Assembly: GCA_041591575.1 (NCBI GenBank)
Contig: JBFHRT010000001.1
Span: 1-47,294, forward strand
Length of the DNA stretch: 47,294 bases
DNA from: Spongiibacteraceae bacterium
GTDB taxonomy: Bacteria; Pseudomonadota; Gammaproteobacteria; Pseudomonadales; Spongiibacteraceae
Direction of reading: 5' to 3'
Part shown: piece after piece, positions 15,870 through 25,967 of the stretch
Layout: every line of letters starts with the position of its first letter
Position numbering within the stretch: position 1 is the stretch's first letter
The notes under the pieces: generated by a model
What the model saw: the letters and a program-made list of their open reading frames with translations, nothing else
Told to the model about the DNA's origin: nothing
Database searches by the model: none
Program-made: the position numbers and the translations under genes

Positions 15870-18278
15870 TCAAAAGCGGAGCCGACCTTGCACGGAGATT
15901 GCGCGCGGCGGATTGATAGTCGCCACGTAGGCGCCAATACCTCCGGCGGTGTCTTCCGACAGCGGTATCACAGTGCCGGCCTGCATGGTGTTCTCGTCGG
16001 TGACGTTGGTGGCCAGCAGGGCCAGCTCCCAGTCGTCGTCGATGTCCTGCAGCGCGAGGCGCAGGTCCACCAGGGTATAGGCCTCCTGCACCAGCAGCGG
16101 GTCCAGACCCGGGTTGACGAAAGCGTCGTCGCGGTACTTCAACGACAGCCTCGAGGCGAACTTGATGCCGTCGCTGAGCATGAAGTAGTGGTCCAGCGCC
16201 AGGAAACCGGTCAGCTCGGGGGTGCCGAAGGTGGTCTCGCCGGAAAGGTCGCAGGTGCCATCGCCGTTGTCCTTGTCACTGCCTTTGAAGGACGGCGCAC
16301 AGCCGGCGCGGGTGTACTTCACCCACTCGAAGTCGATATAACCCAGCGCGGCGGTCGCCATCAGCCGCTCGGTCAGCAGCCAGCGGCCGTCAATCTCCAC
16401 ACCGTGGGATTCGGCCTCACCGGCGTTGCTGACCTCGAAAGCCAGACCGCCGTTGAACACCGACACCTGGCGATCCTCCATCTGCGAGTAGAAGGCCGCC
16501 ACATTGAGCTCGGCGGCGCCACCGGCCAAGGTGGTTTTGACCCCGAGCTCCACGGTTTCGGCCATCTCTTCCTGGAATTCGAAATCCTCCGGGTCTGCCG
16601 ATACCGAGCGCGGGTCGAAGCCGCCGTCCTTGATGCCTTTGTCGTAGCGGATATAACTCATCACATCGTCGCTCCAGGTGTACTGGAGGTTGGCGCCGGC
16701 GGTGATGTCCTCGGCCTCACGCATTTCCTTGTCGAAGCGATGCGGCTCGACCCCAATCATATCCCATACCACCAAGGTGACGTCGGCGCCGCGCGGGCCG
16801 AGACCGATACCGCCGCCGATGTCCACGCCCTCGGGCTGGTATTCGGCATTGCCGAACAGGTCGGCCACGAACAGATTGTGGGAGGCTTCGGTCTCGGAAT
16901 ACACGTAGCGCGCACCCACAGTGAGCTGCAAAGCCTCGGTCATGCGCCAGCTGACTTGGCCGAAGGCGGAGGCGGTGTCCGCCCGGCGATCATAGCCGGT
17001 GACCTGGGAGCTGGCATTGGAAAACAGCAACGTACCCGGCGGCAGGCCCAGATCAGTGGCGGCCAACGAGCTAGCCACGTCCACCTCGCCGAAATAGGGC
17101 ACCGCCATGATCTCGTCGTACTCCAGATCGCTGGTCTGCGCGTAGGCGCCAAGGATGTAATCAAAGCGCTCGCCCACCGCCGACACGAAGCGGATCTCCT
17201 GGCTGTACTGCGCGAAATCCTCGCGCTCGTCACCGGCGATCCAGGCCTGGGGCGACCAGTCGGCGTCGTGCATTTCGTGGTAGTCATAAGCGGAGTAGCC
17301 GCTGATCAGAGTCCAGGTGCCGGCGTCCACCGCGTAATCGATCTGCAATGCGGCATTGCGGCTGTTGTTATCGCTGAACTCGAAGGCAAAGTCGGTGCCC
17401 ACCAGCGGGCCGGTGTTGTTGGAAATGCTGTGCCGGTAGTCGCGATCGTCCTCGCCGTAAATCGCCAGCGCCTCGTCACTGGGCGACAGCACCACTTCCC
17501 AATTGCGGCCCTTGGTGTCAAACGTCGACTGCTGGTATTTCAGGTAGACCTGCAGGTTTTCGCTGATATCCCACTGCAGGCCCAGGCGCGCCGACTCCTC
17601 TTCCGACCAGGGGGTGTTGGTGTCGTCCACCAGGTTGTCCATATAGCCGTCGCTGCCGCCGCGGCGATAGGCCAGGCGCAGGCCCAGACTGTCGCCCAGC
17701 GGCACAGACACCCCCACTTCTGCAGAGTGAGTGCCGTACTCGGGATCGTAGCTGGCGTCCAGCCGGCCCTCGAAGTCATCGCCCGGACGGGTCGAGTGCA
17801 TGCTGATGGCGCCGGCGATGGTGTTCTTGCCGAACAGCACCGACTGGGCACCGCGCAGGATCTCCACCCGCTCCAGGTCCATAAACGGAATGCGCATCTG
17901 CTGGCCGCGGCCCATGTAGATGCCGTCAACAAACATGCCCACCGATTGCTCGAAACCCTGATTCAGCCCCGATGCGACGCCGCGGATATTGATCACATTG
18001 GTAAAGGCGCCCTTGTTGATGGTGAGATTGGGCACGGTGCCGGTCATCTCCTCCATGCGCGAGATGCCCTGCTTCTGCAGGCCCTCGCCCATTAGTGCCG
18101 AGGCCGAAACCGGAATGTCCTGCACACTCTGGGAGCGCTGCTGGGCGGTGACAATCACCTCCTCCAACACCGGCCCCTCGGCCAGACTGGCGCTGGCCGC
18201 CAGCAATGCGATCAGTGAGGCGGCGGCGCGAACCACCGGATTAATACTAATGTTATAATTATGCGTCATGGCATTCAC
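15870..18278 (-). CDS. TonB-dependent outer-membrane receptor
   Basis: 802 aa. Signal peptide ..LLAASASLAEG. The plug region reads LEEVIVTAQQRSQSVQDIPVSASAL. The body is long and beta-barrel-like. The C-terminus is ..SVQGRLRF (terminal aromatic residue). Confidence 0.93.
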   Translation of the reverse strand: MNAMTHNYNISINPVVRAAASLIALLAASASLAEGPVLEEVIVTAQQRSQSVQDIPVSASALMGEGLQKQGISRMEEMTGTVPNLTINKGAFTNVINIRGVASGLNQGFEQSVGMFVDGIYMGRGQQMRIPFMDLERVEILRGAQSVLFGKNTIAGAISMHSTRPGDDFEGRLDASYDPEYGTHSAEVGVSVPLGDSLGLRLAYRRGGSDGYMDNLVDDTNTPWSEEESARLGLQWDISENLQVYLKYQQSTFDTKGRNWEVVLSPSDEALAIYGEDDRDYRHSISNNTGPLVGTDFAFEFSDNNSRNAALQIDYAVDAGTWTLISGYSAYDYHEMHDADWSPQAWIAGDEREDFAQYSQEIRFVSAVGERFDYILGAYAQTSDLEYDEIMAVPYFGEVDVASSLAATDLGLPPGTLLFSNASSQVTGYDRRADTASAFGQVSWRMTEALQLTVGARYVYSETEASHNLFVADLFGNAEYQPEGVDIGGGIGLGPRGADVTLVVWDMIGVEPHRFDKEMREAEDITAGANLQYTWSDDVMSYIRYDKGIKDGGFDPRSVSADPEDFEFQEEMAETVELGVKTTLAGGAAELNVAAFYSQMEDRQVSVFNGGLAFEVSNAGEAESHGVEIDGRWLLTERLMATAALGYIDFEWVKYTRAGCAPSFKGSDKDNGDGTCDLSGETTFGTPELTGFLALDHYFMLSDGIKFASRLSLKYRDDAFVNPGLDPLLVQEAYTLVDLRLALQDIDDDWELALLATNVTDENTMQAGTVIPLSEDTAGGIGAYVATINPPRAISVQGRLRF

Positions 18279-18354
18279 CTGTATATCACCGGCAGGAAGC
18301 CGAGTCTACCGCTGACATTCCCGCCTTCTGCCGAGATGCCCGCGTCGCCAGATT

Positions 18355-18376
18355 AAAAACATATATGATTGTTTTT
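18355..18376. promoter_or_regulatory. AT-rich inverted-repeat operator candidate, site c1
   Basis: AAAAACA-tatatgat-TGTTTTT, 77 nt upstream of the TonB-dependent receptor start (18278, minus strand). Confidence 0.6.
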
Positions 18377-18504
18377 TAGAAAACAACAACAAGCTGAAAC
18401 TAAACTCCGGCGCAGCCATTTCCGGCCACATTATAAATTGATTGCCCCGCCCTACTTACCGCGAGAGTTACCACTAGCAAAGCGACCACCGCCCTTCCCA
18501 CCAA

Positions 18505-18526
18505 ACAAACATTCGTGTATGTTTTA
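18505..18526. promoter_or_regulatory. AT-rich inverted-repeat operator candidate, site c2
   Basis: ACAAACA-ttcgtgta-TGTTTTA, 79 nt upstream of the ATG at 18605 (plus-strand ALDH gene). Confidence 0.5.
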
Positions 18527-18604
18527 TAAATGCCGAGGGCTGCGCTGTCAATGACAGCCAGCTATAACGATGCCGCCGACAACAACACAGGACCGAAACA
18601 CAGC

Positions 18605-20068
18605 ATGCCTCTGGATCAAATGCAGGACCACGACCTGATCAAGACAGCCTCCTATATTGACGGCACCTGGAATGCTGGCGCCGACAGCTTTGCCGTCAGC
18701 AACCCGGCCAACGGCGACATCATCGCCCGCGTCACTGATGCCGGCGCCGAGGAGACCCGTCGCGCCATTGCCGCGGCCGAGCGCGCGCTGCCGGCCTGGC
18801 GCGCGCGCAGCGGCAAGGAGCGTGCCGGCATGTTGCGCCGCTGGTTTGAACTGATCATGGCCAAGCAGGAAGACCTGGCGCGGCTGATGACCCTGGAGCA
18901 GGGCAAGCCCCTGGCCGAGGCCCGCGCCGAGATCGCCTATGCCGCCTCTTTCGTCGAGTGGTTCGCCGAGGAAGCCAAGCGGGTGGACGGCGACGTACTG
19001 CAGAGCACCGCCGGCGATCGCCGCTTCCTCACCCTCAAGCAGCCGGTAGGTGTGGTCGCGGCCATTACCCCCTGGAACTTCCCCAGCGCCATGCTCACGC
19101 GCAAGGCGGCACCGGCGCTGGCGGTGGGCTGCACGATTGTGATCAAGCCCTCGGAGGAGACGCCGCTGTCGGCACTGGCACTGGCGGAACTGGCCCAGCG
19201 CGCCGGCCTGCCCGCCGGCACCCTGAACATCGTGGTGGGCCGCGACGCCGCCGCCATCGGTGCTGAACTCACCACCAGCACGGCGGTGCGCAAACTCAGC
19301 TTCACCGGCTCCACGGCGGTAGGCAAGCGGTTGTTGCGCGACAGCGCCGCCACCGTAAAAAAAGTGTCGATGGAGCTGGGCGGCAACGCGCCCATCATCG
19401 TGTTTGACGACGCCGACCTGGAGCTGGCGATAGCCGGTGCCATCGGCACCAAGTTCCGCAACGCCGGTCAGACCTGCATCTGTGCCAACCGCGTGCTGGT
19501 GCAGGACGGCATCTACGACGCTTTTGTGGAGAAATTCACCGCCGCGGTAGCCGCACTGAAAGTGGGCCCCGGCCTGATTGAAACCAACCAGATCGGCCCG
19601 CTGATCACCCCCGCGGCGCTGATCAAGGTCGACGGCCTGGTGCAGGACGCCATCGCCGCTGGCGCCCAGATTGTAGTGGGCGGCGCCCGCCACAGCGCCG
19701 GCGAACAGTTCTACCAGCCCACAGTAATCACCCATGTCAGCGCCGACATGCGTGTGCACCGCGAGGAAATCTTCGGCCCGGTGGCGCCGGTGTTCCGCTT
19801 CAGCGACGAGGCCGAGGCCATCGCCCTAGCCAACGACACCGAATACGGCCTCGCCGCCTATTTCTACAGCCGCGACGTCGGCCGCGTATGGCGGGTCAGC
19901 GAGGCGCTGGACTACGGCATGGTGGGCGTCAACGAGGTGGGCATCACCAGCGAGGTCATTCCCTTCGGCGGCGTCAAGGAATCGGGCCTGGGCCGCGAGG
20001 GCTCCAGGTATGGTGTCGAGGACTATCTGGAAACTAAGTACGTGTGTATGGGTGGGTTGGATCGCTAA
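18605..20068 (+). CDS. NAD(P)-dependent aldehyde dehydrogenase, succinate-semialdehyde dehydrogenase (GabD)-like
   Basis: ALDH motifs FTGSTAVGK, MELGGNAP and FRNAGQTCICANR (the last is GabD-like) are present. The ATG at 18605 gives 487 aa, the normal family length. In-frame alternatives lie at 18551 and 18530. Confidence 0.88.
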   Translation: MPLDQMQDHDLIKTASYIDGTWNAGADSFAVSNPANGDIIARVTDAGAEETRRAIAAAERALPAWRARSGKERAGMLRRWFELIMAKQEDLARLMTLEQGKPLAEARAEIAYAASFVEWFAEEAKRVDGDVLQSTAGDRRFLTLKQPVGVVAAITPWNFPSAMLTRKAAPALAVGCTIVIKPSEETPLSALALAELAQRAGLPAGTLNIVVGRDAAAIGAELTTSTAVRKLSFTGSTAVGKRLLRDSAATVKKVSMELGGNAPIIVFDDADLELAIAGAIGTKFRNAGQTCICANRVLVQDGIYDAFVEKFTAAVAALKVGPGLIETNQIGPLITPAALIKVDGLVQDAIAAGAQIVVGGARHSAGEQFYQPTVITHVSADMRVHREEIFGPVAPVFRFSDEAEAIALANDTEYGLAAYFYSRDVGRVWRVSEALDYGMVGVNEVGITSEVIPFGGVKESGLGREGSRYGVEDYLETKYVCMGGLDR

Positions 20069-20132
20069 AACTGTCGGAAGTCGGAAGTCGAAAGCGTGAG
20101 ACGAATAGCAAAGCATTGCGACTATCGGCAGC

Positions 20133-20224
20133 CCGTCATCGCGAGGAGCGCATGCGACGCGGCGATCTCCATCCAGTCACTGCCACACTGACCGAGATTG
20201 CCGCGCCGCCCGATCGCAATGACA
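20133..20224 (-). repeat. REP/MITE-like element, copy E
   Basis: CCGTCATCGCGAGGAGC..GCGACGCGGCGATCTCC..GTCACTGCCAC..GAGATTGCCGCGCC..GATCGCAATGACA. Lies between the ALDH and the oxygenase genes in a plus-strand operon. Confidence 0.85.
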
Positions 20225-20317
20225 GAGGTTTATCAGGACATCTGAAGGTGCGCACAGCGCAGCCTACAGCACACAAGCCAAGGCCTAACAACAGTGCCCA
20301 ACAATAAGGAGAGCACC

Positions 20318-21727
20318 ATGGACCTGAGCCGTTTTCCCTACCTGCAGGACAACTATGCCCCGGTCGCCGAGGAACGCGATTTCAGCCACGACGAGCTGCG
20401 CATCGAGGGCGAGGTTCCCGACGATTTGGTGGGCGCCTTTATGCGCAACGGTCCCAACGTCGCCTACCAACCCGACCACTATGTCTACCCGCTGGACGGA
20501 GACGGCATGGTGCACGCCATCTACTTCGACCGCGGCAAGCTGCATTACCGCAACCGCTGGGTACAGACCGGCCAGCTCAAGACTGAGCGCCAGTTCGGCC
20601 GCCGCATCTACGGCTCGGTGGGCAAACTAACGCCTGTGCCCGAGGAGGTGATCGCCGCTGGCGGCGATCCCAACCCGCTGAAAAACACCGCCAATACCAA
20701 CGTGATCTACCACGGCGGCAAGCTGCTGGCGCTGTGGGAGGGCGGCTTTCCGCACCGGCTCAATGCGGACCTGTCCACCGCGGGCCTGGACGACTGCGGC
20801 GGTGCGCTGCAGCCCGGTGATGCCTTTTTCGCCCACCCCAAGTTCTGCCCCACCACCGGCGAGATGATCACCTGTACCCAGGGCTGGGCACCACCCTACC
20901 TCAGCGCCCAGATCTTCGACCGCGACGGCCAGCACCTACGCGCCATCCCGGTGGAGATGCCGGAGAAGGTGGTGATCCACGACCTGCAGATCACCGAGAA
21001 CTACATCATTTTCTTTTGCTGCCCGGCCTTCGCCGACCTGGAAGCGGCGATGCAGGGCGGCGATCCCTTTCGCTGGGACGGCAGCCAACCGACGCGCATC
21101 GCGGCGGTGCCGCGCGCCGGCGGCCCGGTTCGCTGGTTCGATAAGGAGGCCTTCTTCAGCTGGCATTTCTGCAACGGCTACGAGGCGGGCGACAAACTGG
21201 TCATCGACTATATCTGGATCGCCAGCCTGCCCATATCCCAGGGCCTGCAGGCCCAAGCCGAGCGCCAGCCGCGCCACCTGCACCGCATGACCATCGACCT
21301 GGCCAGCGGCGCCGTCAGCGACGGCCCGGTGGGCGATGTGTTCTGCGAGTTCTCCCGCGTCGACGAGCGCCGTACCGGCCTAGATTACCGCTACGGCTTC
21401 GCCACCGCCTCGAACACCCACCAGTGGGCGGGCAGCTACCACGGCTATAACAGCACCCTGCGCTACGATCTGACTAACGGTAGCGCACAGCTGCACACTT
21501 ACGGCGAGCACGCAAACGCCGGCGAGCCGGTGTACGTGCCCTCCAGCCGCAGCGAGCGCGAGGAGGACGGCTACCTGATGTGCTACGTCTACAACCCCGA
21601 CGAGGGTGCCTTTCTCTCCATCCTCTGCGCCGGCGACGTCGCCGCGGGGCCGGTGGCAAAAATCCATATTCCGGGACGGGTACCCAACGGCTTCCACGCC
21701 AACTGGATGGCCGGCCTGACCGACTGA
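20318..21727 (+). CDS. Carotenoid cleavage oxygenase family protein (CCO / lignostilbene-dioxygenase-like)
   Basis: 469 aa from the ATG at 20318 (AAGGAGA Shine-Dalgarno). The N-terminus NYAPVAEE.....L.I.G.VP..L.G.FMRNGPN is typical. The four conserved His contexts are present: FAHPKF, VIHDLQ, SWHFCNGY, GFHANW. Confidence 0.9.
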   Translation: MDLSRFPYLQDNYAPVAEERDFSHDELRIEGEVPDDLVGAFMRNGPNVAYQPDHYVYPLDGDGMVHAIYFDRGKLHYRNRWVQTGQLKTERQFGRRIYGSVGKLTPVPEEVIAAGGDPNPLKNTANTNVIYHGGKLLALWEGGFPHRLNADLSTAGLDDCGGALQPGDAFFAHPKFCPTTGEMITCTQGWAPPYLSAQIFDRDGQHLRAIPVEMPEKVVIHDLQITENYIIFFCCPAFADLEAAMQGGDPFRWDGSQPTRIAAVPRAGGPVRWFDKEAFFSWHFCNGYEAGDKLVIDYIWIASLPISQGLQAQAERQPRHLHRMTIDLASGAVSDGPVGDVFCEFSRVDERRTGLDYRYGFATASNTHQWAGSYHGYNSTLRYDLTNGSAQLHTYGEHANAGEPVYVPSSRSEREEDGYLMCYVYNPDEGAFLSILCAGDVAAGPVAKIHIPGRVPNGFHANWMAGLTD

Positions 21728-21761
21728 AGCCGATCGGAAACTTTCAGGAGCCGCAAGCCAC

Positions 21762-22766
21762 ATGATCAACCGACAATGGCGACTCGCCGCCCGCCCCAAT
21801 GGCGAACTGAGCAAAGCGCATTTCCAGTGGGTAGAGGAACCCGTGGCCGAGCTGCAGCCCGGACAGATACGGGTGCGCAACCAACTGCTGTCACTGGACC
21901 CCACCAACCGCCTCTGGGTCAACGAGCAGGACTCCTACCTGCCGGCGGTACCGCTGGGCGAGGTGATGCGCGGCGTGGCCATCGGCGTGGTGGAAGAGTC
22001 CCGCTGCGAAGGCGTCAAGGAGGGTGAGCGGGTCACCGGCCTGCTGGGCTGGCAGGACTACGCGGTGCTGCCCGGCGAGCTGGCCACCGTCGTGCCCGAT
22101 ATTCCGGGCATCCCGCTGGAGGCCCACCACGCCCTGCTGGGCGCCACCGGCATGACCGCCTACTTCGGCCTGCTGGATATCGGCCAGCCCCAGCCCGACG
22201 AAACCCTGGTGGTATCCGGCGCCGCCGGCGCCGTGGGCTCGCTGGTCTGCCAGATGGGCAAGATCCACAACCTGCGCGTGGTCGGCATTGCCGGCGGCGC
22301 AGATAAGTGCGCCTATTTGAAAGACGAACTGGGCTGCGATGCGGTGGTGGATTACAAGGCCGGCGATGTCGATGGCGCCCTGCGCGCCGCCTGTCCCGTG
22401 GGCATCGACATCTACTTCGACAATGTCGGCGGCGAGATTCTGGACGCGGTGTTGGGTCAGATCAAGGACTTCGCCCGCATCATCGAGTGCGGCCTGATCT
22501 CCCAGTACAACACCGGCGACGACGCGCCCGGCCCGCGCAACTACAAGAACATCCTGATCCGCCGCGCCAAGGTGCAGGGCTTTATCGTGATGGACTACCT
22601 GCACCGCGCCGAAGAAGCCATGGCCGACATCGGAAGCTGGTTTATGGAGGGCAAGCTGCGCTACCGCGCCGACGTGCGCGAGGGCCTGGAGCACGCGCCG
22701 GAGGTGCTGAACGAACTGTTCCGCGGCGCCAACAATGGCAAGCTGATGTTAAAAATTCAGGATTAA
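21762..22766 (+). CDS. NADP-dependent alkene/enone reductase of the MDR superfamily (PTGR1/CurA/YncB-like)
   Basis: 334 aa. The opening INRQWRLAARPNGELSKAHFQWVEEPV is characteristic of the zinc-free leukotriene-B4 dehydrogenase / curcumin reductase subfamily. GAAGAVGS nucleotide motif present. Confidence 0.85.
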   Translation: MINRQWRLAARPNGELSKAHFQWVEEPVAELQPGQIRVRNQLLSLDPTNRLWVNEQDSYLPAVPLGEVMRGVAIGVVEESRCEGVKEGERVTGLLGWQDYAVLPGELATVVPDIPGIPLEAHHALLGATGMTAYFGLLDIGQPQPDETLVVSGAAGAVGSLVCQMGKIHNLRVVGIAGGADKCAYLKDELGCDAVVDYKAGDVDGALRAACPVGIDIYFDNVGGEILDAVLGQIKDFARIIECGLISQYNTGDDAPGPRNYKNILIRRAKVQGFIVMDYLHRAEEAMADIGSWFMEGKLRYRADVREGLEHAPEVLNELFRGANNGKLMLKIQD

Positions 22767-22772
22767 ACGCAC

Positions 22773-22872
22773 CGCGTCACAGCGAGGAGCGAAGCGATGC
22801 GGTAATCTCCGTCAGAATGGCAGTAACCTGATGGAGATCGCCACGGCGCGAAATCGCGCCTCGCGATGACGG
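22773..22872 (+). repeat. REP/MITE-like element, copy F1
   Basis: CGCGTCACAGCGAGGAGC..GCGATGCGGTAATCTCC..AATGGCAGTAAC..GGAGATCGCCACGGCGC..GCGCCTCGCGATGACGG. Confidence 0.8.
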
Positions 22873-22898
22873 GTTTACTTTTGAGGTTGATTATTTCC

Positions 22899-22972
22899 CC
22901 GTCATTGCGAGGAGCGCAGCGACGAAGCAATCTCCACCCGGATGGCAGTGACCCGATGGAGATCGCCACGAC
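22899..22972 (+). repeat. REP/MITE-like element, copy F2 (outer right arm missing)
   Basis: CCGTCATTGCGAGGAGC..GCGACGAAGCAATCTCC..GATGGCAGTGAC..GGAGATCGCCACGAC, then the element ends 13 nt before the convergent ThuA-like stop codon. Confidence 0.75.
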
Positions 22973-22984
22973 AGCAACAAGCTA

Positions 22985-23773
22985 TTACCCCAACTCCCCC
23001 ATCCCCCAGCGAATTCCCCGCCGCAGCAACTCATAATATTCCGGCGTCTTCCACGCTCCCAGCTCGCGAACCGGGTACTCGGCCATCAGCGGCTGCATGT
23101 CGTACTTGCCGCGACAGTGCCCCAGGGTCAGATACAACACACGGCCCTCGCCGTAGAGGTGCAGATACATCACTGGCCGCCGCGAGTCGTCGTTCTCCCA
23201 GTCACTGTGGGCAAACTCCGGTACCGTGCCGCGGTACTCCGTGTGCAACAGCACCTCCGGCTCGCCGTGCAGACGCGACAGGTACAGCTCATCATCCACC
23301 GCAAATTCATCGATGCCGGCGGTCAGCGGGTGCTCAGCGTTCGCGATCCGAACGCGGTATTCAGCAATCGGCGGGTGTGCCAGGAACTGGCTCCCCAATA
23401 GCTGCATAAAGGCGGGATTGTCGTCGGGGCAGTCCACCCGGCCATCGTCCAGGAAGCGCAGCACCGAGTTGGTGCCGTGTAGCGCAAACCACCTGCCACC
23501 GCTGGCCATCCAGTCGCAGAGCCGAGCGGTTTGCTCTGGCGTGGGCAGCACGTCGCAGGTGTAGCTGATCACCAGATCGGCGCGCTCAATAGCCGCGATA
23601 TCGCTGTAGTCCTCTCCCACCCGCACGCGGATCCGCGGCTGTTCCGCCAGCAGTTTCAGCAGTTCCAGCCGGGCGTGGTCGATATCGTGGTACTTGCCCG
23701 CCGCCACCAGGTATACATCGAAGCGATCACTCTTGCTCACGGTACTCTCTCCTGTCGTTATTCGATCCTGCAC
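22985..23773 (-). CDS. ThuA-domain (class-I glutamine-amidotransferase-like fold) protein
   Basis: 262 aa. The order ..ADLVISYT......Q...L.DWMASGGRWFALHGT...LLGSQFLAHPPIAEYRVRIANAEHPLTAGIDEFAVDDELY follows the ThuA pattern (GG.F..HP...v.v....HP.t.g...f...DE.Y). Confidence 0.7.
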   Translation of the reverse strand: MQDRITTGESTVSKSDRFDVYLVAAGKYHDIDHARLELLKLLAEQPRIRVRVGEDYSDIAAIERADLVISYTCDVLPTPEQTARLCDWMASGGRWFALHGTNSVLRFLDDGRVDCPDDNPAFMQLLGSQFLAHPPIAEYRVRIANAEHPLTAGIDEFAVDDELYLSRLHGEPEVLLHTEYRGTVPEFAHSDWENDDSRRPVMYLHLYGEGRVLYLTLGHCRGKYDMQPLMAEYPVRELGAWKTPEYYELLRRGIRWGMGELG

Positions 23774-23803
23774 TTTCCGATGCTATCAGAGCCCCATTAT
23801 TAA

Positions 23804-23825
23804 ACAAACATTTATGCTTGTTTTT
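23804..23825. promoter_or_regulatory. AT-rich inverted-repeat operator candidate, site d (divergent ThuA / P450 promoter region)
   Basis: ACAAACA-tttatgct-TGTTTTT in a 111-nt divergent intergenic region, 31-52 nt from the ThuA start (23773) and 60-81 nt from the P450 start (23885). Confidence 0.6.
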
Positions 23826-23884
23826 AATATTCGTTTGTTGCTAAGCTCAGAATCACGATCAGGCCAATCAGCGGAGTTACCGGT

Positions 23885-25138
23885 ATGAACTGCCCCCTGG
23901 AGGCACACGACTTTTTTTCGGAACAGACCCTGAGCTGCCCCTTTGATTTCTACCGCGAACTGCATCGCGAGGCGCCGGTGTACCCGGTTCCAGGCACCGA
24001 CATCTACGTCGTCAGCCGCCACGAGCATATTCGCAAGCTGCTCAAACAGACCGACCTGTACTCCAACGACATCAGCGCCGCACTCAATATCGGCGGCCCC
24101 TCGCCCGAGGCGGCAGCAGTGCTGGCCCAGGGCTGGAAACCGGCCAACACCCTGCTGACCATGGATCCGCCCGGCCACAAGACCTACCGCAGCCTGCTCA
24201 ACAAGGTATTCTCGGCGCGCCGGGTGGAGCAGATGCACGACTATGTGGAGACCATCACCGACGAGCTGGTCGACGCCTTTATTGAGCGCGGCGAGTGCGA
24301 ATTCGTCGGCGAGTTCTGTGTGCCACTACCGGTGTATATCATCGCCGACCAACTGGGTGTGCCGCGCAGTGACCTGGCACTGTTCAAGCGCTGGTCCGAC
24401 GCCAGCGCCGCCCAGCTCGGTCGATATTCCGATGAGCAGGGCAGTGACGCCGAGGTGGAGAACGCTCGGCTGATCGTCGAGTTCCAACACTATTTCGTGG
24501 ACAAACTGGCCGAGCGCCGCCAGTCACCGCGGGACGACATCATCTCCGACCTCGCCCGGGCCGAAATCGACGACGGCCGCCCGCTGACCACCGAGGAACT
24601 GCTGAGCCTGCTGCAGCAACTGCTGGTGGCGGGCAACGAGACCACCACCTCATCCATCGCCGGCGGCCTGTGGCAGCTGCTGCAGTACCCCGAGCAGATG
24701 GCGAAGCTGCGCGCCGAGCCGGCGCTGATTGCCAATGCGGTGGAGGAGATGCTACGACTGGAGTCGCCCACCGCCGGCATGTGGCGGCTGGTCACCCGCG
24801 ACACTGAGCTGCACGGCGTGCTCCTTCCCGCCGGCAGCAAAGTGATGTTGCGCTTCGCCGCCGCCAACCGCGACCCCGAACAGTTCGACGCCCCCGAGTG
24901 CATGGACGTGAGCCGCGATAACGCCAGCTCGCACCTGGCCTTCGGCCAGGGCATCCACTTTTGCCTGGGCGCCATGCTTGCGCGCAAGGAAATGCAGGTG
25001 GCCTTCAGCAAACTGCTGGGGCGGCTGGACAACATCCGCCTGGCCGAGGACAAACCCGAGCCGGCCTACTGGCCCAATCTGCTGCTGCGGGGATTGGACA
25101 GTCTGCATATTCGCTTTGATAAACGCACGGAACCTTAA
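23885..25138 (+). CDS. Cytochrome P450 monooxygenase
   Basis: 417 aa. Haem-thiolate loop FGQGIHFCLGAMLAR, ExxR (EEMLRLE), and I-helix LLVAGNETTTS. Confidence 0.95.
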   Translation: MNCPLEAHDFFSEQTLSCPFDFYRELHREAPVYPVPGTDIYVVSRHEHIRKLLKQTDLYSNDISAALNIGGPSPEAAAVLAQGWKPANTLLTMDPPGHKTYRSLLNKVFSARRVEQMHDYVETITDELVDAFIERGECEFVGEFCVPLPVYIIADQLGVPRSDLALFKRWSDASAAQLGRYSDEQGSDAEVENARLIVEFQHYFVDKLAERRQSPRDDIISDLARAEIDDGRPLTTEELLSLLQQLLVAGNETTTSSIAGGLWQLLQYPEQMAKLRAEPALIANAVEEMLRLESPTAGMWRLVTRDTELHGVLLPAGSKVMLRFAAANRDPEQFDAPECMDVSRDNASSHLAFGQGIHFCLGAMLARKEMQVAFSKLLGRLDNIRLAEDKPEPAYWPNLLLRGLDSLHIRFDKRTEP

Positions 25139-25145
25139 ACAAACA

Positions 25146-25246
25146 CCGTCATTGCGAGCAGTGCTTTTCCGCGACGCGGCAATCTCATGCAGCGTGGCAG
25201 TGACTGTAAGGAGATTGCCGCGTCGCTTCGCTCCTCGCAATGACGG
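25146..25246 (+). repeat. REP/MITE-like element, copy G (near-canonical, 101 bp)
   Basis: CCGTCATTGCGAGCAG..GCGACGCGGCAATCTC-atgcagcGTGGCAGTGACtgtaa-GGAGATTGCCGCGTCGC-ttc-GCTCCTCGCAATGACGG. Confidence 0.9.
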
Positions 25247-25322
25247 CGGCAAGACTGTCGTAGGGTGCGCTATGCGCACCGTTGCGGAACCCAACAACTA
25301 TCTAGCAGCGCGAGAGGCAATC

Positions 25323-25964
25323 ATGAAACTCTACTCCTCCATCGGCCCCAACCCCCGCGTCGTGCGCCAATTTGCCGCCGAGAAAGGCCTGCAACTGGAA
25401 ACGGTCGAGGTCGATATCCTGGCCGGCGCCAACCGCCAACCCGACTACCTGGCCAAAAACTCCACCGGCCAAACCCCCTGCCTGCAGCTGCAAGGCGGCC
25501 GCGTGATCTGCGAGATCACCGCCATCTGCGAATATCTGGAAGAGCTGCACCCCGCACCCACCCTGATCGGCGACAGCGCCGAGCAGCGCGCCGAAACCCG
25601 CATGTGGCTGCGCCGCATCGACCAGCGCATTATCGAGCCGGAGGTGCTGGCCTTCCGCTCTGCCGAGGGCTTCGAGCTGTTCAAAGACCGCTATCAGCTG
25701 CTGCCGGGCGCGGTAAGCGATCTGCGCGCCATCAGCAGCACCAACCTGCAGTGGCTGGAACGGCAACTGGCGGGCAGGCGCTGGATCTGCGGCGAGCGTT
25801 TCAGCCTGGCGGATATTCTGCTGTTTGCCTTCGTCGATTTCCTCGCGCCCTTCCGCCAGGCCATTGAACCCGCGCAGCAAACCCTGAGCGACTGGTACCA
25901 GCGCATGCTGCAGCGCCCCAGCAGCGCGGCCAGCCTGCACCCAACCGAACGTCATGCGGCCTGA
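25323..25964 (+). CDS. Glutathione S-transferase family protein
   Basis: 213 aa from the ATG at 25323. The thioredoxin-like N-domain reads KLYSS..PNPRVVRQFAAEKGL..E.V.VD...G.NR.P.YL.KN..GQ.P.L. The 328-aa track ORF extends upstream through repeat copy G. Confidence 0.88.
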   Translation: MKLYSSIGPNPRVVRQFAAEKGLQLETVEVDILAGANRQPDYLAKNSTGQTPCLQLQGGRVICEITAICEYLEELHPAPTLIGDSAEQRAETRMWLRRIDQRIIEPEVLAFRSAEGFELFKDRYQLLPGAVSDLRAISSTNLQWLERQLAGRRWICGERFSLADILLFAFVDFLAPFRQAIEPAQQTLSDWYQRMLQRPSSAASLHPTERHAA

Positions 25965-25967
25965 GCT